Source: Octopus vulgaris (lineage: Eukaryota). From it: a stretch of 64,000 bases of DNA. The stretch spans positions 114,328,001-114,392,000 of the forward strand of contig OX597820.1 of the NCBI GenBank assembly GCA_951406725.2, given 5' to 3'. The translations under genes and the position numbers were made by a program. The notes under the pieces were generated by a model. That model was given only the letters and a program-made list of their open reading frames with translations. It searched no databases and was not told where the DNA came from. This document shows, piece by piece, positions 1 through 12,381 of the stretch. Every line of letters begins with the position of its first letter. Positions within the stretch are counted from its first letter, which is position 1.

Positions 1-104
1 TGTATACATGTGTGTGTGTGGGTGTGTAGGTGGGGTGGTTTTGGGTTTGTGAATGTGGGCCTGGGTGCATGAGGGAGTGAATGCTCATCTGTATGAGGGT
101 GATT

Positions 105-334
105 GTATGTTTATGTCTCCTTGTCTTGATATTGTGTGATGGTTGTGAATAAATATCATTGTCATATAAGCAGTGTCATTTTCCAATATTCTGGGAAAAT
201 ATGGCTGGCCATGGATAAATATAACTTTGATTGCAAACAGGTGAAGGTTGGCAACAGAAATATCATCTGGTTATACAAAAATTTGTCCATGGAAAAGTGG
301 AGATTAAAATGATGATGATGATGATGATGATGAT
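105..334 (+). mobile_element. Degenerate SINE 3' half ending in RTE-type (GAT)n tail
   Basis: Matches the 3' part of the copy at 5170-5720 (ccatggaaaagtgga...aatgatgatgatg). Confidence 0.6.
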
Positions 335-480
335 GGAAGTTTTTGATAAGGGAGATTCAAGAATAATAATAGAATAATTGATATATATGTAAAGATTTAT
401 GTTGATAAACATAAAGAATTTTAAATACTTATATAACTAGGAAACTAAAATTCATTTGTAAAATTTGGCAATTTTGTGGC

Positions 481-836
481 TACATTCTGGTCCTTAGCAA
501 TATCCTTCATGAGGCTCACTGTCTTGAGATCAGCCTTCAATACTTCTTCCCATGTCTTTCTGAGTCTCCCTCTTCAACAAATTCCATCCACTCTAAGTAA
601 TGGCAACTTCTGCATGTGACTGTCTACATCCATGCACATCTCATGACCAGACCAGTGCAGTCATCTTCTCTCTTGCACACTGCATCGAATTCCTCTTTTG
701 CCCAACTTTTCCCTCAATGCACTCTGTCACACATGTACACTGAAATTGCACATCCTGTGGAGCATACTAGCTTCAGTCCTCTCTAGCCTTCACATGTCTT
801 CTGCATTCAGGATCCATGTCTCACTACCATGTAAAA
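481..836 (-). mobile_element. RTE-clade LINE, decayed C-terminal part of RT ORF
   Basis: Minus-strand translation with stops: LHGSETW..RLER..MLHRMC..LREKLG..WSGH..RGRLRKTWEEVLKADL, typical RTE ORF end motifs. Confidence 0.8.
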
Positions 837-1659
837 ATGATGGTGATACTGATGTTGTCAATTAATCTCATCATCATAATGATCTTCATCATTTTACAAC
901 CATTTCTCCATGTTAGCATGAGCAGGGAGAGTCTAACTACTCATCATAACCCGTCTGTGTTATTGTGGATACTATGTCTTTTTTGCTGCATGGTTTTGTG
1001 GCTGGATTCTTTTCCAATCAGCAAACACTTTACAGTATGGACTAAGGGCATTTATTGTGCTATCAACACTAGAGATGTTGCATACAGCAAAACCATTGAG
1101 CCTTCTCTTACTATAACAGTATTTCTTCTTGAACACGTTGACTGGTCTATGGTGCCACCATTTTTGTGACAAACCCCCACCCCCACCTGATATTAATACA
1201 TTTGTTTGTTTACTAAGATTCAACTATGTTTTTTATTATAGACTTTATTGTTTTTATATCTCAATACATTGGTTTTCTTCCGTGTAAAATGGTTAATAAA
1301 CACGATTTAAATTTTATTACATACAGAAAATAGGACAAATTTAAGGAGGCTTGTATGCTTCAAAGAAAGCCCTTTGCAGGAGAGGGAGAAGCATTTTTAA
1401 AATTCTCTATGTACTTTTTTTAATTACTGTATTCGTACATACCTAATTTTATGTCAGCATAAAAATGACTTGAAATAAATTTCCTTAAGCTTGTAAGTAA
1501 CTCTATATCAATTTTATTACCTACATACAGATACTTCCTTTCCTTGAGTCAACACAAGACATTTAATACAGACACATCCATTTGATAAATTTTCTGAGTT
1601 CCTTCCATATTTAAGCCTTTCTTTACTCTATTTCTGTTCAAATACATTGCTTTTGAATT

Positions 1660-2190
1660 CATCATCATCATCGTCATCATCATTTAACATCCGTTTTCCA
1701 TGCTGGCATGGGTTGGATGGATTGACTGAGGTCTGAAAAGCCAGCAGGCTGCACCAGGCTCCAATCTGATCTACAGCTGGATGCCCTTCCTAACACCAAC
1801 CACTCCAAGAGTGTAGTGGGTGCTTTTTACATGCCACTAGCAAGGGAGCCAGTCAGGCGGCCCTGGCATTGATCACATTTGGATGGTGCTTTTTACATGG
1901 CTCCAGCATGGGAGCCAATCAGGGGGCACTGGCAGTGACCACGTTAGGATAGTGCTTTTCATGTGCCACCAGTATGGGAGCCAGTCGGGTGGACGTGGCA
2001 TCGGTCATGTTGGGATAGTGCTTTTTACGTGCCACCAGCATGTGAGCCAGTCAGGGAGCACTGGCACTGACCACGTTCAGATGGTGCATTTTACGAGCCA
2101 CCAGCACAGGAGCCAGCCAGGTGGCACTAGCTATGGCTATGATTTTGGTTTTACTTGACTCAACAGGGCTTCTCAAGCATATCATATCAA
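1660..2190 (-). mobile_element. RTE-LINE 3' end/UTR with internal ~60-bp tandem repeat (about 5 units)
   Basis: (CAT)n then tttaacatccgttttccatgctggcatgggttgg; ctacagctggatgcccttcctaa motif; repeated gtgctttt(t)ac(a/g)tgccaccagca-gggagccagtcag units at ~1820-2130. Confidence 0.8.
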
Positions 2191-3151
2191 CTTTGTCCTG
2201 ATTAATCAAGTGTTTGGAATGTAAATTAACAGGAAATTAAACATGTTTTTTTGCTCCATTTAACCACATGTCTACTAGTGTCTCAGTGTGATTAACACCT
2301 GATGTTACAGAGAGAGAAAGCGAAAATCTGCTTCTTGATTTGGTACTGTTTATGATTAACCATTAGCTTTGAAAAACCAAGACTTTTAAAAAAAGTATGC
2401 TCAAAACTTGTTAAAAACCTGACTGACCAAACAATTCTATGTCAATTTAAAATTAAGAATTTAAACTGAACTCCTCAATTTTCATGTAAACTACCTTTGA
2501 CATGGATCAGATGGTTTGACAGGATCCAATGAATCAAGGACTGCATTATGCTCCAGTGTCTGCTTTGACATGGTTCCTTTGACTGGATGCCCTTTCTAAC
2601 ATCAATACTTTGCATCATGTGCTGAGTGCCATTTTGTGTCCCACTGACATGAGTGCGGTCACAATGCAGCTTTGAGACTTTGAACCTCAAGAGGTGAATT
2701 GGGTGGCAACTTTATGCTAGAAGACAATCTATGACAGAAGAGGCCAGACTAGAACAGGTTTCTTGCTGTAAATGAGCTGTGTAACTATAGACATTTTAGA
2801 AAAGAGGTTGGGAGTGATGTGGTCGAGTTGGAAAGCAATAAAAACAGTGGTGATGATGAGTAGACGTGGGAATGCCCGTTTGACAAAGTTATCACAGAAA
2901 TAGTTTTTACATTTGTGTGAATTTTTTTCGCTCAATTCTTTTCTTGTCTTGAGCTGTTATATCTAAGCAGTTTTCCATTCCAACAGACAAATTTCAAAGT
3001 TATGGGGGAAATGATCAAATGCAATTATTTTCATTCCTTTTTAATTGAACAATTATTATTTTTTTATTATTTGCTTTGGTCATTAGACAGTGGGCAAAGG
3101 AAGCTATTTTAAGGCATTCTTTCATTTGAAGCAGCAAAGTTGTCAACTCGA

Positions 3152-3208
3152 TCATATGAGATCATATGACTGTTCGGTAATTTCCATAAAATTTTTTTTT
3201 CCTTTATG
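3152..3208 (-). other. Candidate alternative terminal exon (HKGKKNFMEITEQSYDLI* in phase 0)
   Basis: Long pyrimidine tract ttttcactttctcctcactttcaatttctgctctcttcaaAG; a second AG 7 nt downstream; CpGs retained. Confidence 0.3.
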
Positions 3209-3313
3209 CTTTGAAGAGAGCAGAAATTGAAAGTGAGGAGAAAGTGAAAAGGTGATAATTGCTTTGAAGTGAGAGCAGAAAGTGAAAGATGTATGTATAT
3301 ATGAAATGGGACA

Positions 3314-3346
3314 TGTGTGTGTGTGTGTGTGTGTGAGAGGGAGAGA

Positions 3347-3394
<48 letters not shown>
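3314..3394. repeat. Compound (TG)n(GA)n microsatellite
   Basis: Direct reading. Confidence 0.95.
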
Positions 3395-3398
<4 letters not shown>

Positions 3399-4069
3399 GT
3401 GTTGTTATGTATTTTTTTGCACTTGCTCTCTCACACACACACAAACATTCTCTTTCATATACACATGCATACATCCTTTTGGCATGTATGTGTGCATATG
3501 CATGTGAGAGTGAGTGATTGTATTTCCTCATAACATATAGAGAAATGGATATCTTTCAATGAAATTCTTTTAGTTGTGGCTTATCTTAGTGTTTTAAAGT
3601 GGTCTAAATTGTAATCTCTCATCAAAATTCTGTGCTAATTTGTTCCAGCCACCAGCTTAATAATGAGAAAGTTATTATACTAAATTCTTTATTATTTTAA
3701 AATTTAATTGAAACAATGGCAGCATATAGAAATATAGTAACAAAAGGGCTAATGGCCCTGTTAATTTACCATCATCAGCATCCTTTAACATCTGCTTTCC
3801 ATGCTGGCATGGATTAGACAGTTTGACCGGAACTGGTAAGCCAGTGAGCTGCACCATGTTCCAGTCTCATTTGGCATGATTTCTATGGCTGGATACCCTT
3901 CCTAATGCCAATCACTTTACAGAGTGGCCTCCATGAGGCCTAACATTCAAAGGTTACACTACTGGCAACAGCCACAACTATGGTTTCATTAGGAGCCATT
4001 TACATGACACCAATGGCTACAACTGCAATTTCACTTGGCTTGACGAGTCTTCTCATCCTTAATAACAAT

Positions 4070-4575
4070 AGTTTTTAATTTAGGTACAAAGCCAGCATTT
4101 TTTAGGGGAGAGAGCAAGTCAATGCCACAGGCCCCAGTACATCACTGATACTTTCTTTTATCAATTCCAAAGGGATGAAAAGCAGAGTTGATCTTAACAG
4201 AATCTAAACTCAGAACGTAAGAAAATGGAAAAAAATACTGCAAAGCATCAAAAAAATTCAATACTTTAACTATCTTTTGGGTTTTATACCAGCAGTTCTG
4301 AGAGGAAGAGATTAGTTGGTATGATCAATTCCAGTATTTGACTGGTCCTTAATTTTATTTGCCTTGAAAGGATGAAAGGCAAAGTTGAATTTGGCAGGAT
4401 TTGATCTGTACTAGAACAATTACTGTAATGCATTTTCCCAATGTTCTTATTCTGCTAATTAACTGCTCTTAGTTTCTGATTTTCTGGGAAGGAGGAATAG
4501 TCAATTACATTGAGACCAGCATTTTTGTGGAATGAAGAATTGTCAATTACATTGACTCCAGTACTAAATGTTAAG
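4070..4575 (-). mobile_element. Cluster of degenerate family-A tRNA-SINE copies
   Basis: Repeated gaaaggatgaaaggcaaagttga / gattacattgactccagtact motifs. Confidence 0.7.
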
Positions 4576-4701
4576 GTCATCTTACAGAAAATGGCTTTGC
4601 CAGTCATTGTTCCTGAAAACAGGGTTGAGCCATTGAAATAAAGCATATCCTGGGGCATTTCAGTTAAACTACACCCTTGCTCTATAATTTGTAGTCATTT
4701 A

Positions 4702-4905
4702 AGGCAGTGAGCCGACAGTAATGTTAGCAAAACCAGGCAAAATGCATCCACCTTTATGTTCTAAGTTCAAATTTCACTGAGGTCGACTTTGCCTTTCACC
4801 TTTTTGGGGTCAATAAAAAGGGTACTAGTTGAACACTAGGGTCAATGTAATTGACTAGCTTTCTCCCCTGAAACTGCTGGCCTTGTGCCAAAATATGAAA
4901 CCAAT
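4702..4905 (+). mobile_element. Near full-length family-A tRNA-derived SINE
   Basis: ggcagtgagccgacag head, gttcaaat B-box-like motif, gactttgcctttca core, ggccttgtgccaaaatatgaaacc end. Confidence 0.8.
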
Positions 4906-4994
4906 TTGTAGTCATGTGCTGAAGTAAGAAATTAAGTATCATTCTTACCCTTCAACTTGTCGATGAATGTTCATTTTCCAACACCATGAATAGG

Positions 4995-5720
4995 CACAGG
5001 CATAGCTGTGTGGCTTAAGAAGTTTGCTTCTCAATCACAGGATTTTGGGTTCAGTTCCACTCTATGGTACATTGAATGTCTTCTAGCCCCAGGTCAACCA
5101 AATCTTGTGAGTAGATTTGGTGGACAGAAACTGAAAGTCATCCATTCTGCATACACATACAGATGTATGCGTGTGTGTTTGTGTTTCCTTGTCTTGACAT
5201 CACATGGGTGTTGTAAGTGTACCATCATACAAACAGTGTCCTGTTTCTAATCCTTCATGAAAAACATGACTGGCCATGGGCAAATATTACCTTACTTGGA
5301 AACAGGTGAGGGTTGGTGACAGGAAAGGCATCTTTCTTCTATTTTTTTCTTTGCCCTTTTCAAGCCTAGCCAGGCTCATGGGCCCGGTTTCCGTGGTGTA
5401 TGTGTTCCTCCCAGCTGGACGGGATGCCAGTCCATCGCAGCGTTACTCAAGAAACAGGAAGAAAGAGAGAGAAAGTTGGGGCAAAAGAGTACAACAGGGG
5501 TCGCCACCACCCCCTGCCAGAGCCTCATGGAGCTTTAGGTGTCTTCGCTCAATAAACACACACAACGCCCGGTCTGGGAATTGAAACTACGATCCTCCAA
5601 CTGTGAGTCTGCTGCCCTAACCACTGGGCCATTGTGCCTCCACAGGAAAGGCATCTAGCTATAGAAAATCTGTTTGACCCATCCAGGCATGGAAAAGTGG
5701 ACATGAAAACGATGATGATA
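4995..5720 (+). mobile_element. Family-B tRNA-SINE with RTE-type tail, interrupted by a younger SINE
   Basis: gctgtgtggcttaagaagtttgcttc head, ccttgtgagtagatttgg body, gcatggaaaagtggacatgaaaacgatgatga tail; split at 5333/5642. Confidence 0.8.
5334..5641 (-). mobile_element. Family-C tRNA-derived SINE with V-domain-like tail, 15-bp TSD
   Basis: Minus strand has A-box TGGCCCAGTGG, B-box-like GTTTCAATTCCC and gcgatggactggcatcccgtccag; TSD acaggaaaggcatct at 5319-5333 and 5642-5656. Confidence 0.9.
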
Positions 5721-6050
5721 CTTGATTTGTTATAGTAAAACTTTGCATATATATTTATTTTGCATGCATCTGTGTTTCTGCCTACGTACATGCATATTTT
5801 CTAGGCACTTGGATATGGCATTTGTGAAAATATGTAGTTTTTTTTATCATTAGTAATTATTAAATGCTACTGACCTTGTTCTCTGCATTCTAATGATTTA
5901 GGAAAAAAACCAAAAAAACAAGGAATAAGGATGTCCTTGAATTTCTCTAGGACTTTATAAATAGTGAATGAAGTGAGCTGTTATCTAGTCATGATTCAAG
6001 AAAATATCACAGATTTGGTAAACTGTCTAAAGTTACACATGTATATACTT

Positions 6051-6293
6051 GTAGAGAACATAAATGTAGAATGTCTGCAAGGGGAGAACACAGCTATAAG
6101 ATGGGTGCATGTGTAGAGTACACTGCTGTTGGATGTCTACATGTTTAGAGAGCATGGCTGTGGGATGTTTACATGTTTAGAGAGCATTGATGTGGAATGT
6201 CGAAATGTATATGTGCTTATAGAGCACACAGCTGTAGGATGTCTGCATGTGTACATTCATGTAGAGAACACAGCTATGGAATGTCTACATGTG
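6051..6293. repeat. Degenerate ~32-bp minisatellite, about 7 units
   Basis: Recurring agag(a/c)acacagct(a/g)t(a/g)ggatgtct(a/g)catgtgt. Confidence 0.75.
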
Positions 6294-6626
6294 AATGTGT
6301 GAATGAAAATAGAATAAGATTTCTTTTTTTTTTTTATGTTATATACCTTGATTCTCTGCAAAAATAAATTTATAGACAACCAACACCCATATTTGAACTC
6401 AGAATGTAAAACAATGTAACTAAACATCGTAAGCCCCTTTATCTGCTGTTCTACTGATTTTACCATCTACCATCATCTAATAATAATGGCTTCAAATTTA
6501 GGCACAAGGCCAGCAATTTGGGGAGGGGGGCAAGTCAATTCCATTGACCCCAGTGCTCAACTGGTACTAATTTTTATCAACCCTGAAAGGATGAAAGGCA
6601 AAGTCAACCATAGCAGTATTTGAACT

Positions 6627-6830
6627 CATCATCATCATTTAACGTCTGCTTTCCATGCTAGCATGGGTTGGACGGTTCGACTGGGGTCTGGGAAGCCAGG
6701 AGGCTGCACCAGGCCCAGTCTGATCTGGCAGTGTTTCTACAGCTGGATGCCTTTCCTAATGCCAACCACTTTGTGAGTGCAGTGGGTGCTTTTTACGTGC
6801 CACCGGCACAGGTGCCAGGCGAGGCTTGCA
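6627..6830 (-). mobile_element. RTE-type 3' end copy inserted in a family-A SINE
   Basis: Near-identical to 9369-9560 and to the reverse complement of 62790-62992. Confidence 0.85.
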
Positions 6831-7483
6831 ATAATTCTACCAGCTTGTCCCATTTTTCAGATTTTAGTACAAGGCCAGTCATTTCAGTGGGAGGAGGTTA
6901 GTTGATTACATCTATAGTGAGACCAATTTCTATTATGGCACATTGAAGACAATTAGCCTTTTATAGGCACAACATGTCAATCTGTAATAATTAGCCGTTT
7001 TACCTATCATGTGAGTTTTGAACATTGGTTAAGTTCTGTGCTGTGACTGGCTGAGTATTGTGCAGGATTTGGATCGAAGTTCCAATCATGTTGCATTTAA
7101 CACATTTTCAAACTAATCAGTATGTGCTCTGGAGCCTGCCTTTCCCCCATAAACTTGTTTAGCAATTATTGAAACCAGAGGTGTGAGTGATTTTCATGAA
7201 GGTGAGTTATGTTGATTTCCTGCTGTTATTAACCAAAGCAAAATTAATAAAACAGAACACATGTAACCAACGATAACCCAAGCTGAATTGTCCAAATGAT
7301 GGATCAACTACAACCACCAGAATTTCTTGTTTCTTTCTTGATCCACTGCACTACTTTATGGAGGAATAGTCTTGCAGTCATTTTTAAAGTTTGTTTCTTA
7401 TATTACTTTCGTGAGTGAACAGGTTATATAATGGTATACAGAATTCAGTAGTAAAACCAAGGGATACTTTAGTTAGACCATAC

Positions 7484-7734
7484 TTGTGAAAGGTAAGAGA
7501 GTCCAGTTTGCTGGACATTGTTGTAGAGCTGAAAAAGAGGTAATTTCTACTCTTCTCCTCTGGAAGCCATCTACTCGCAATACCAGAGGGCGCACACTCT
7601 CCTACCCTGATGTAATCTCCAGGGATACAGGCATCCAGCAACAGGACCTCCGTAATGCCATGATGGACCGTGAAGTCTGGTATAGCATGGTAAATTCCAT
7701 TGTCTCGACCACGGTCGAACAATGATGATGATGA
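7484..7734 (+). mobile_element. 5'-truncated RTE/RTEX-like LINE 3' end with intact C-terminal ORF fragment
   Basis: FAGHCCR..LLWKPS..RGRTLSYPDVISRDTG..AMMDREVW then (TGA)n tail; second copy at 26648-26801. Confidence 0.85.
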
Positions 7735-9368
7735 AACATCAACCCTAGTACTCAAATGGTGTTTTATGTTATCAACCATGAAAGGATGAGAGACAAAGTT
7801 GATTTAGGCAACATTTGAATGCAGAACATAAAGTGATGGAAGAAATGCTGCTAAGCATTTTGTCAGATACACTAATGGTTCAGTCAGCTTACCATTTAAT
7901 AACAACATAATTTTAATTTTGAATTTAGGCAAAAGATTACAAATATTTCTAGGTCTAGTAGACTCCAGTATTTTTATGATAGTCATTGGATCAAATCCTG
8001 AAGAATGAAAAGACAAAATCACTATCAGTGAAATTCCAACTCACAAGACATTTTCTTTGTCGCTCTAATAACCATGCTATCCACATTTTCTAAAATAATG
8101 ATTTCTTTAAAATAATACCATTTTTGTTTTAAAACACAAGTTAACACAAAAACAATAAATTTTCATTATTTTATTTCTAAGATGTAAAAAAGAAAAATTA
8201 ATATTGAAAAAGACAAACATATAACATTGTATTTTCAACAGTAAAATCCAAACAGTTTTTAAAAAGTTATGATTAAAAAAACTGATCCTTTCCAAAATGG
8301 AGGAATTGCTAGCCTGGATCAGAAATCCTACACCAAAAATATTGAAAAAAAAAATTTTTAATCACTGCGAAATAAAAAGATTTTAAGGTTAAAATAACTG
8401 TAATAATAATAAAATTGTAGTAAAAGGTGAAAAACACATCAAATGATATTTACTGTATTTGGTTTATGTACTTATTATTGATCCCAGAATGCATTGCATG
8501 TAAAACTACAATTTGTGTGTGCATGTATACATATATGTATATATCATAAACATACATGTATAGATTTATACGCATATACATATATGTATACTTGCTTATA
8601 TACAGAGATGAATATATGTACATATTAAACATACACACATATTTGCATATTTATATATATTGAACACATGTATGTGTGGATATATACATACTAAGATTCA
8701 CACACACACACACACACATGTGCGTGCAAGCTTATAAACACACGTATGCTACAAACACACACACACCTAATTATTGGTTTCGTTGATGAGGTTTCACTCA
8801 ACATCTCAGTTGCAGTGTCAACCAATGTTCTTAAGTTGATATTGAAAAAGCAGAGCCATGGCTGTTGTGTACTCTATGCTGTCACAGAATGCACTAGCAT
8901 CTTTTCAACCCCAACATCACCTCTTGACACTGATGCTAATTGTGACTATTTCCAAATCAAATCACATTCACTTAAAGAAATCAATGAAGCAGCAGCTACA
9001 TGGTTGTTTCACTCGCCAGAAATAACAGCCAAATATCCCAACTTCTAGACTTAAAAAAACACAGGAATGGGATGATCACTACTGGAAGGCTTTTAATTGT
9101 AGGTTTGTTGAGCAGGGCTGACACCTAAGCCAAACAACAACACTTCATTTTAAAATGTTTTAGCAAAAGACAAACATTTCAAGGAAGAGGTGGCGCTTAA
9201 TGCTGGAGAAGATAAATGATGTGGTGGTGTTCAAGGAATAACTGAAGTGGTTCATACCTGCATCTGAAACAATCCTGCATCAGTAATGCACAGCAGGGTG
9301 TGTAAACCACAGTTTCTGAGTCTGCTCATACATATAATTGGCTGACTGAACATAATTGTGCCCCAGAA

Positions 9369-9830
9369 ATCATCATCATTTAACGGCCGTTTTCCATGCT
9401 AGCATGGGTTGGACGGTTCGACCGGGGTCTGGTAAGCCATGGAGGCTGCACCAGGCTCTAGTCTGATCTGGCAGTGTTTCTACAGCTGGATGCCCTTCCT
9501 AACACCAACCATTCCGTGAGTGTAGTGGGTGTTTTTTACGTGCCGCCGGCACAGGGGCCAGAGCAGGCTGGCAAACGGCCACGATTGGTTGGTACTTTTA
9601 CGTGTCACTGACATGGACGCCAGTCAGGTGACGCTAGTAACTGCCACGCTCGAATGGTGCTTTTTACGTGTCACCGTCACGGGTGTCTTCACTACAATTT
9701 CCATTTGAATTTTTGATGTTGACGAACTTGACTCAACAGGTCTCGTCAAGAACAGCAGGTCACTCTATGATCCAAGGTCAGCACAGCAGGCTGTCCTGCG
9801 AGCATGAACTCACTTCATTTGTCGGGTCTC
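9369..9830 (-). mobile_element. RTE-LINE 3' end/UTR copy
   Basis: Same family as 1660-2190, with fewer internal ~60-bp units. Confidence 0.85.
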
Positions 9831-9834
9831 CCAC

Positions 9835-10016
9835 TCATTTCACATATCTCTCTCTCTTCTTTTTCTCTCTCCTTGTTTTTTCTGTGTCCCTTTCTGTAGA
9901 AGAGCGTAGGCTCGAAACGTAAGACTTTTTCTATTTCTGAGCATTATACTAATACATCTGTTTGTTTTGTACACCACCTGTCTTCGTCTTTTGTGTTTTT
10001 TTCGTAAACTCTCCCT

Positions 10017-10017
<1 letters not shown>
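9835..10017 (+). mobile_element. Penelope-like remnant with degenerate hammerhead-like core
   Basis: gaagagcgtaggctcgaaacgt at 9899-9920 resembles a minimal GANGA-stemII-GAAAC motif; family assignment is from recall. Confidence 0.4.
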
Positions 10018-10062
<45 letters not shown>

Positions 10063-10087
10063 GTGAAATGAGTTGGGTGTATAGGAA

Positions 10088-10226
10088 ATGTCTCCCTCAG
10101 CTCTCCAGCCTCAGCAGAGCATCAAGGATGTAAGAGATTTAGAGAAAGAGTTAAGCAGCTTAACTCTTTCTCTAAAGCTCTTACATCCTTGATGCTCTGC
10201 TGAGGCTGGAGAGCTGAGGGAGACAT
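10088..10226. repeat. Near-perfect palindrome, 69-bp arms, 1-nt spacer, 1 mismatch
   Basis: atgtctccctcag...gagttaagc A gcttaactc...ctgagggagacat; centre at 10157. Confidence 0.97.
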
Positions 10227-11865
10227 AAGTCTGCTTGTGACTAATATAGGCACCTAAAATAAGTAGTGAAAGTATGGTTTTTAAACTATTAGGACATACT
10301 CACCAGTGATTGGCAACTAACCTATATATACATGTGTTTGAGTTTATTCATTGTACGAATGTTCACAATACACACATTACATATATTGCTGTTTAGCCCT
10401 AGTCATCATTGATTAAGCAAACCTAAGTATGATTAAAGACATTCCAGTTGTGATCATCCAACCTCTCGGTTTCAGACAATATAACCAGATCACATTATCT
10501 GATGTGTCCTAGAATGTTGAGTGGCAACCATAGATGCTGGCTTGATAGCCCGCATTATATGTCTTATTTTTTTTAATGCTGTCACAGTGTAGCTGTCACT
10601 TCATGAGAATACATACACACACATAGATACAGATAGAACCATGAAGATTTATAAAGACATTTCTAAGATTTTCGATTTGATTTTATAGTAGGAATACATA
10701 TACACCTCTTACATATTTGCAAACTTTAGTTACTTAGTCAAACAAATGAATCTTGTTATTTTACTTGCAACCGCCTGCTTCTTTTGTTAAGAACTTAACA
10801 TGCATATATTACAAACAGATTTGTTTTAAATAGTACAGACATTTTCTTAAGACATTGAATTAATAATTGACAGCACCCATTTAATTATAGCTACATAATT
10901 AACTACACAAAAATGATATAACATTAAAATGTAAAGTGCAACAAAAATATCTCATATTTATTCTTCTCGCTAAAAGTTTCAACAGCATACACACACTGTA
11001 CACTAATCTAAACCATGATGGTCACTGAAGAAAATTATAAAACGTTAGCTACTTGAAGACAGCATCACCACCTGCCTAACTTCACTAGAACCACATCAAT
11101 GGCCATATAAATATGGAAGGGCTTATTGTATTAAAAAAAAAGCTTTTAGATAACCAAATATGTAGTATGGAAACTTTCAAATACTACATATTTTGTATTT
11201 TTTTTTTTTTTTTTTAAATAGAGATAAACAATATACCAGATAGATGAAACCAATGCTGCATGTTTGATAACAGTTAAAAAAAAGTCTTTTGAAGTCACAT
11301 TTACTATAGTTTAAAATATTATGTAGGATTACATAGTAAATCTATACTCAAAATGTTAACATTATCTAATTGCCATGATTCCATGTTTATCAAATATACA
11401 TGTGAACATGGATTGCTGCACATGTACATAATGACTGTTTAATGTTTCATGCATACATGTAACACAGATAAGTGTGAAAGTGAATACACATGAATTTGTC
11501 AATGTGTATTTATGAATATACATACTAACATACACAAAGGCAATGTGGTAAAAGTTTGTGTAAATATGCATATACACAACTGCTAAAAGTAATACTAACA
11601 GTGTGAAAATATACACAGATTTATAATCAAAGTAATGTTTAACATTTAAACTCAATTAGTAATCACAAATTTGTAACATTTGATTATTTTTCCATTTCAT
11701 TCTAAGTAATAATGATAAGGTGAAATACAATTAGTCCATGAAAAATATATTTTAGAGTTAAATCACTCACAGACAGTGATGTCTTACCTGTAAGGTAGAA
11801 TTATAACTGGTTTTATTTTCAAACATGTGACATCTTATAACATGTGAATGCTTATGCACACACAC

Positions 11866-11904
<39 letters not shown>

Positions 11905-11906
<2 letters not shown>

Positions 11907-12381
11907 TTTTGTTTCAGTCATTTGACTGTAGCCATGCTGGAGCACTGCCTTTAGTTGAACAAATCGACCCCAGGACTTATTCTTTGTAAGCCTAGTACTT
12001 ATTCTGTCTCATTTGCCGAACCACTAAGTTACAGGGATGTAAACACACCAACATCAGTTGTCAAGTGATGGTGGGGGGACAAACACAGACATACACACAC
12101 ACACACACATATATACACACATATACATATATATATACATATATATATATACACACATATACATATATACACATATACATAATGATGATATATATACATA
12201 TATATACATATATATATATGACGGGCTTCTTTCAGTTTCCATCTACCAAATTCACTCACAAGGCTTTGGTCAACCCGAGACTATAGTAGAAGACACTTGC
12301 CCAAGGTGCCATGCAGTGATTCTGATCCCAGAACCATGTGGTTGGTAAGCAAGCTGCTTACCACACAGCCACTCCTGCACC
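11905..12381 (-). mobile_element. Full-length family-B tRNA/CORE-like SINE with internal (TA/CA)n
   Basis: Head ggctgtgtggtaagcagcttgcttaccaaccacatgg, ggcaccttgggcaagtg, tail gctccagcatggctacagtcaaatgactgaaac. Confidence 0.9.

Noticed and set aside
816-1169. 117-aa hydrophobic ORF
   Set aside because: Overlaps RTE and SINE remnants; hydrophobicity follows from T-richness.
1820-2130. CRISPR-like periodicity
   Set aside because: Degenerate tandem units without unique spacers, inside a retroelement, no cas genes, eukaryotic context.
3109-3533. ORFs with LSLSLS, ERERER and HTHTHT runs (also 12029-12348, 38984-39466, 61078-61494)
   Set aside because: Translations of dinucleotide microsatellites.
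7384-7779. 131-aa minus-strand ORF
   Set aside because: Antisense to the RTE 3' end at 7484-7734.
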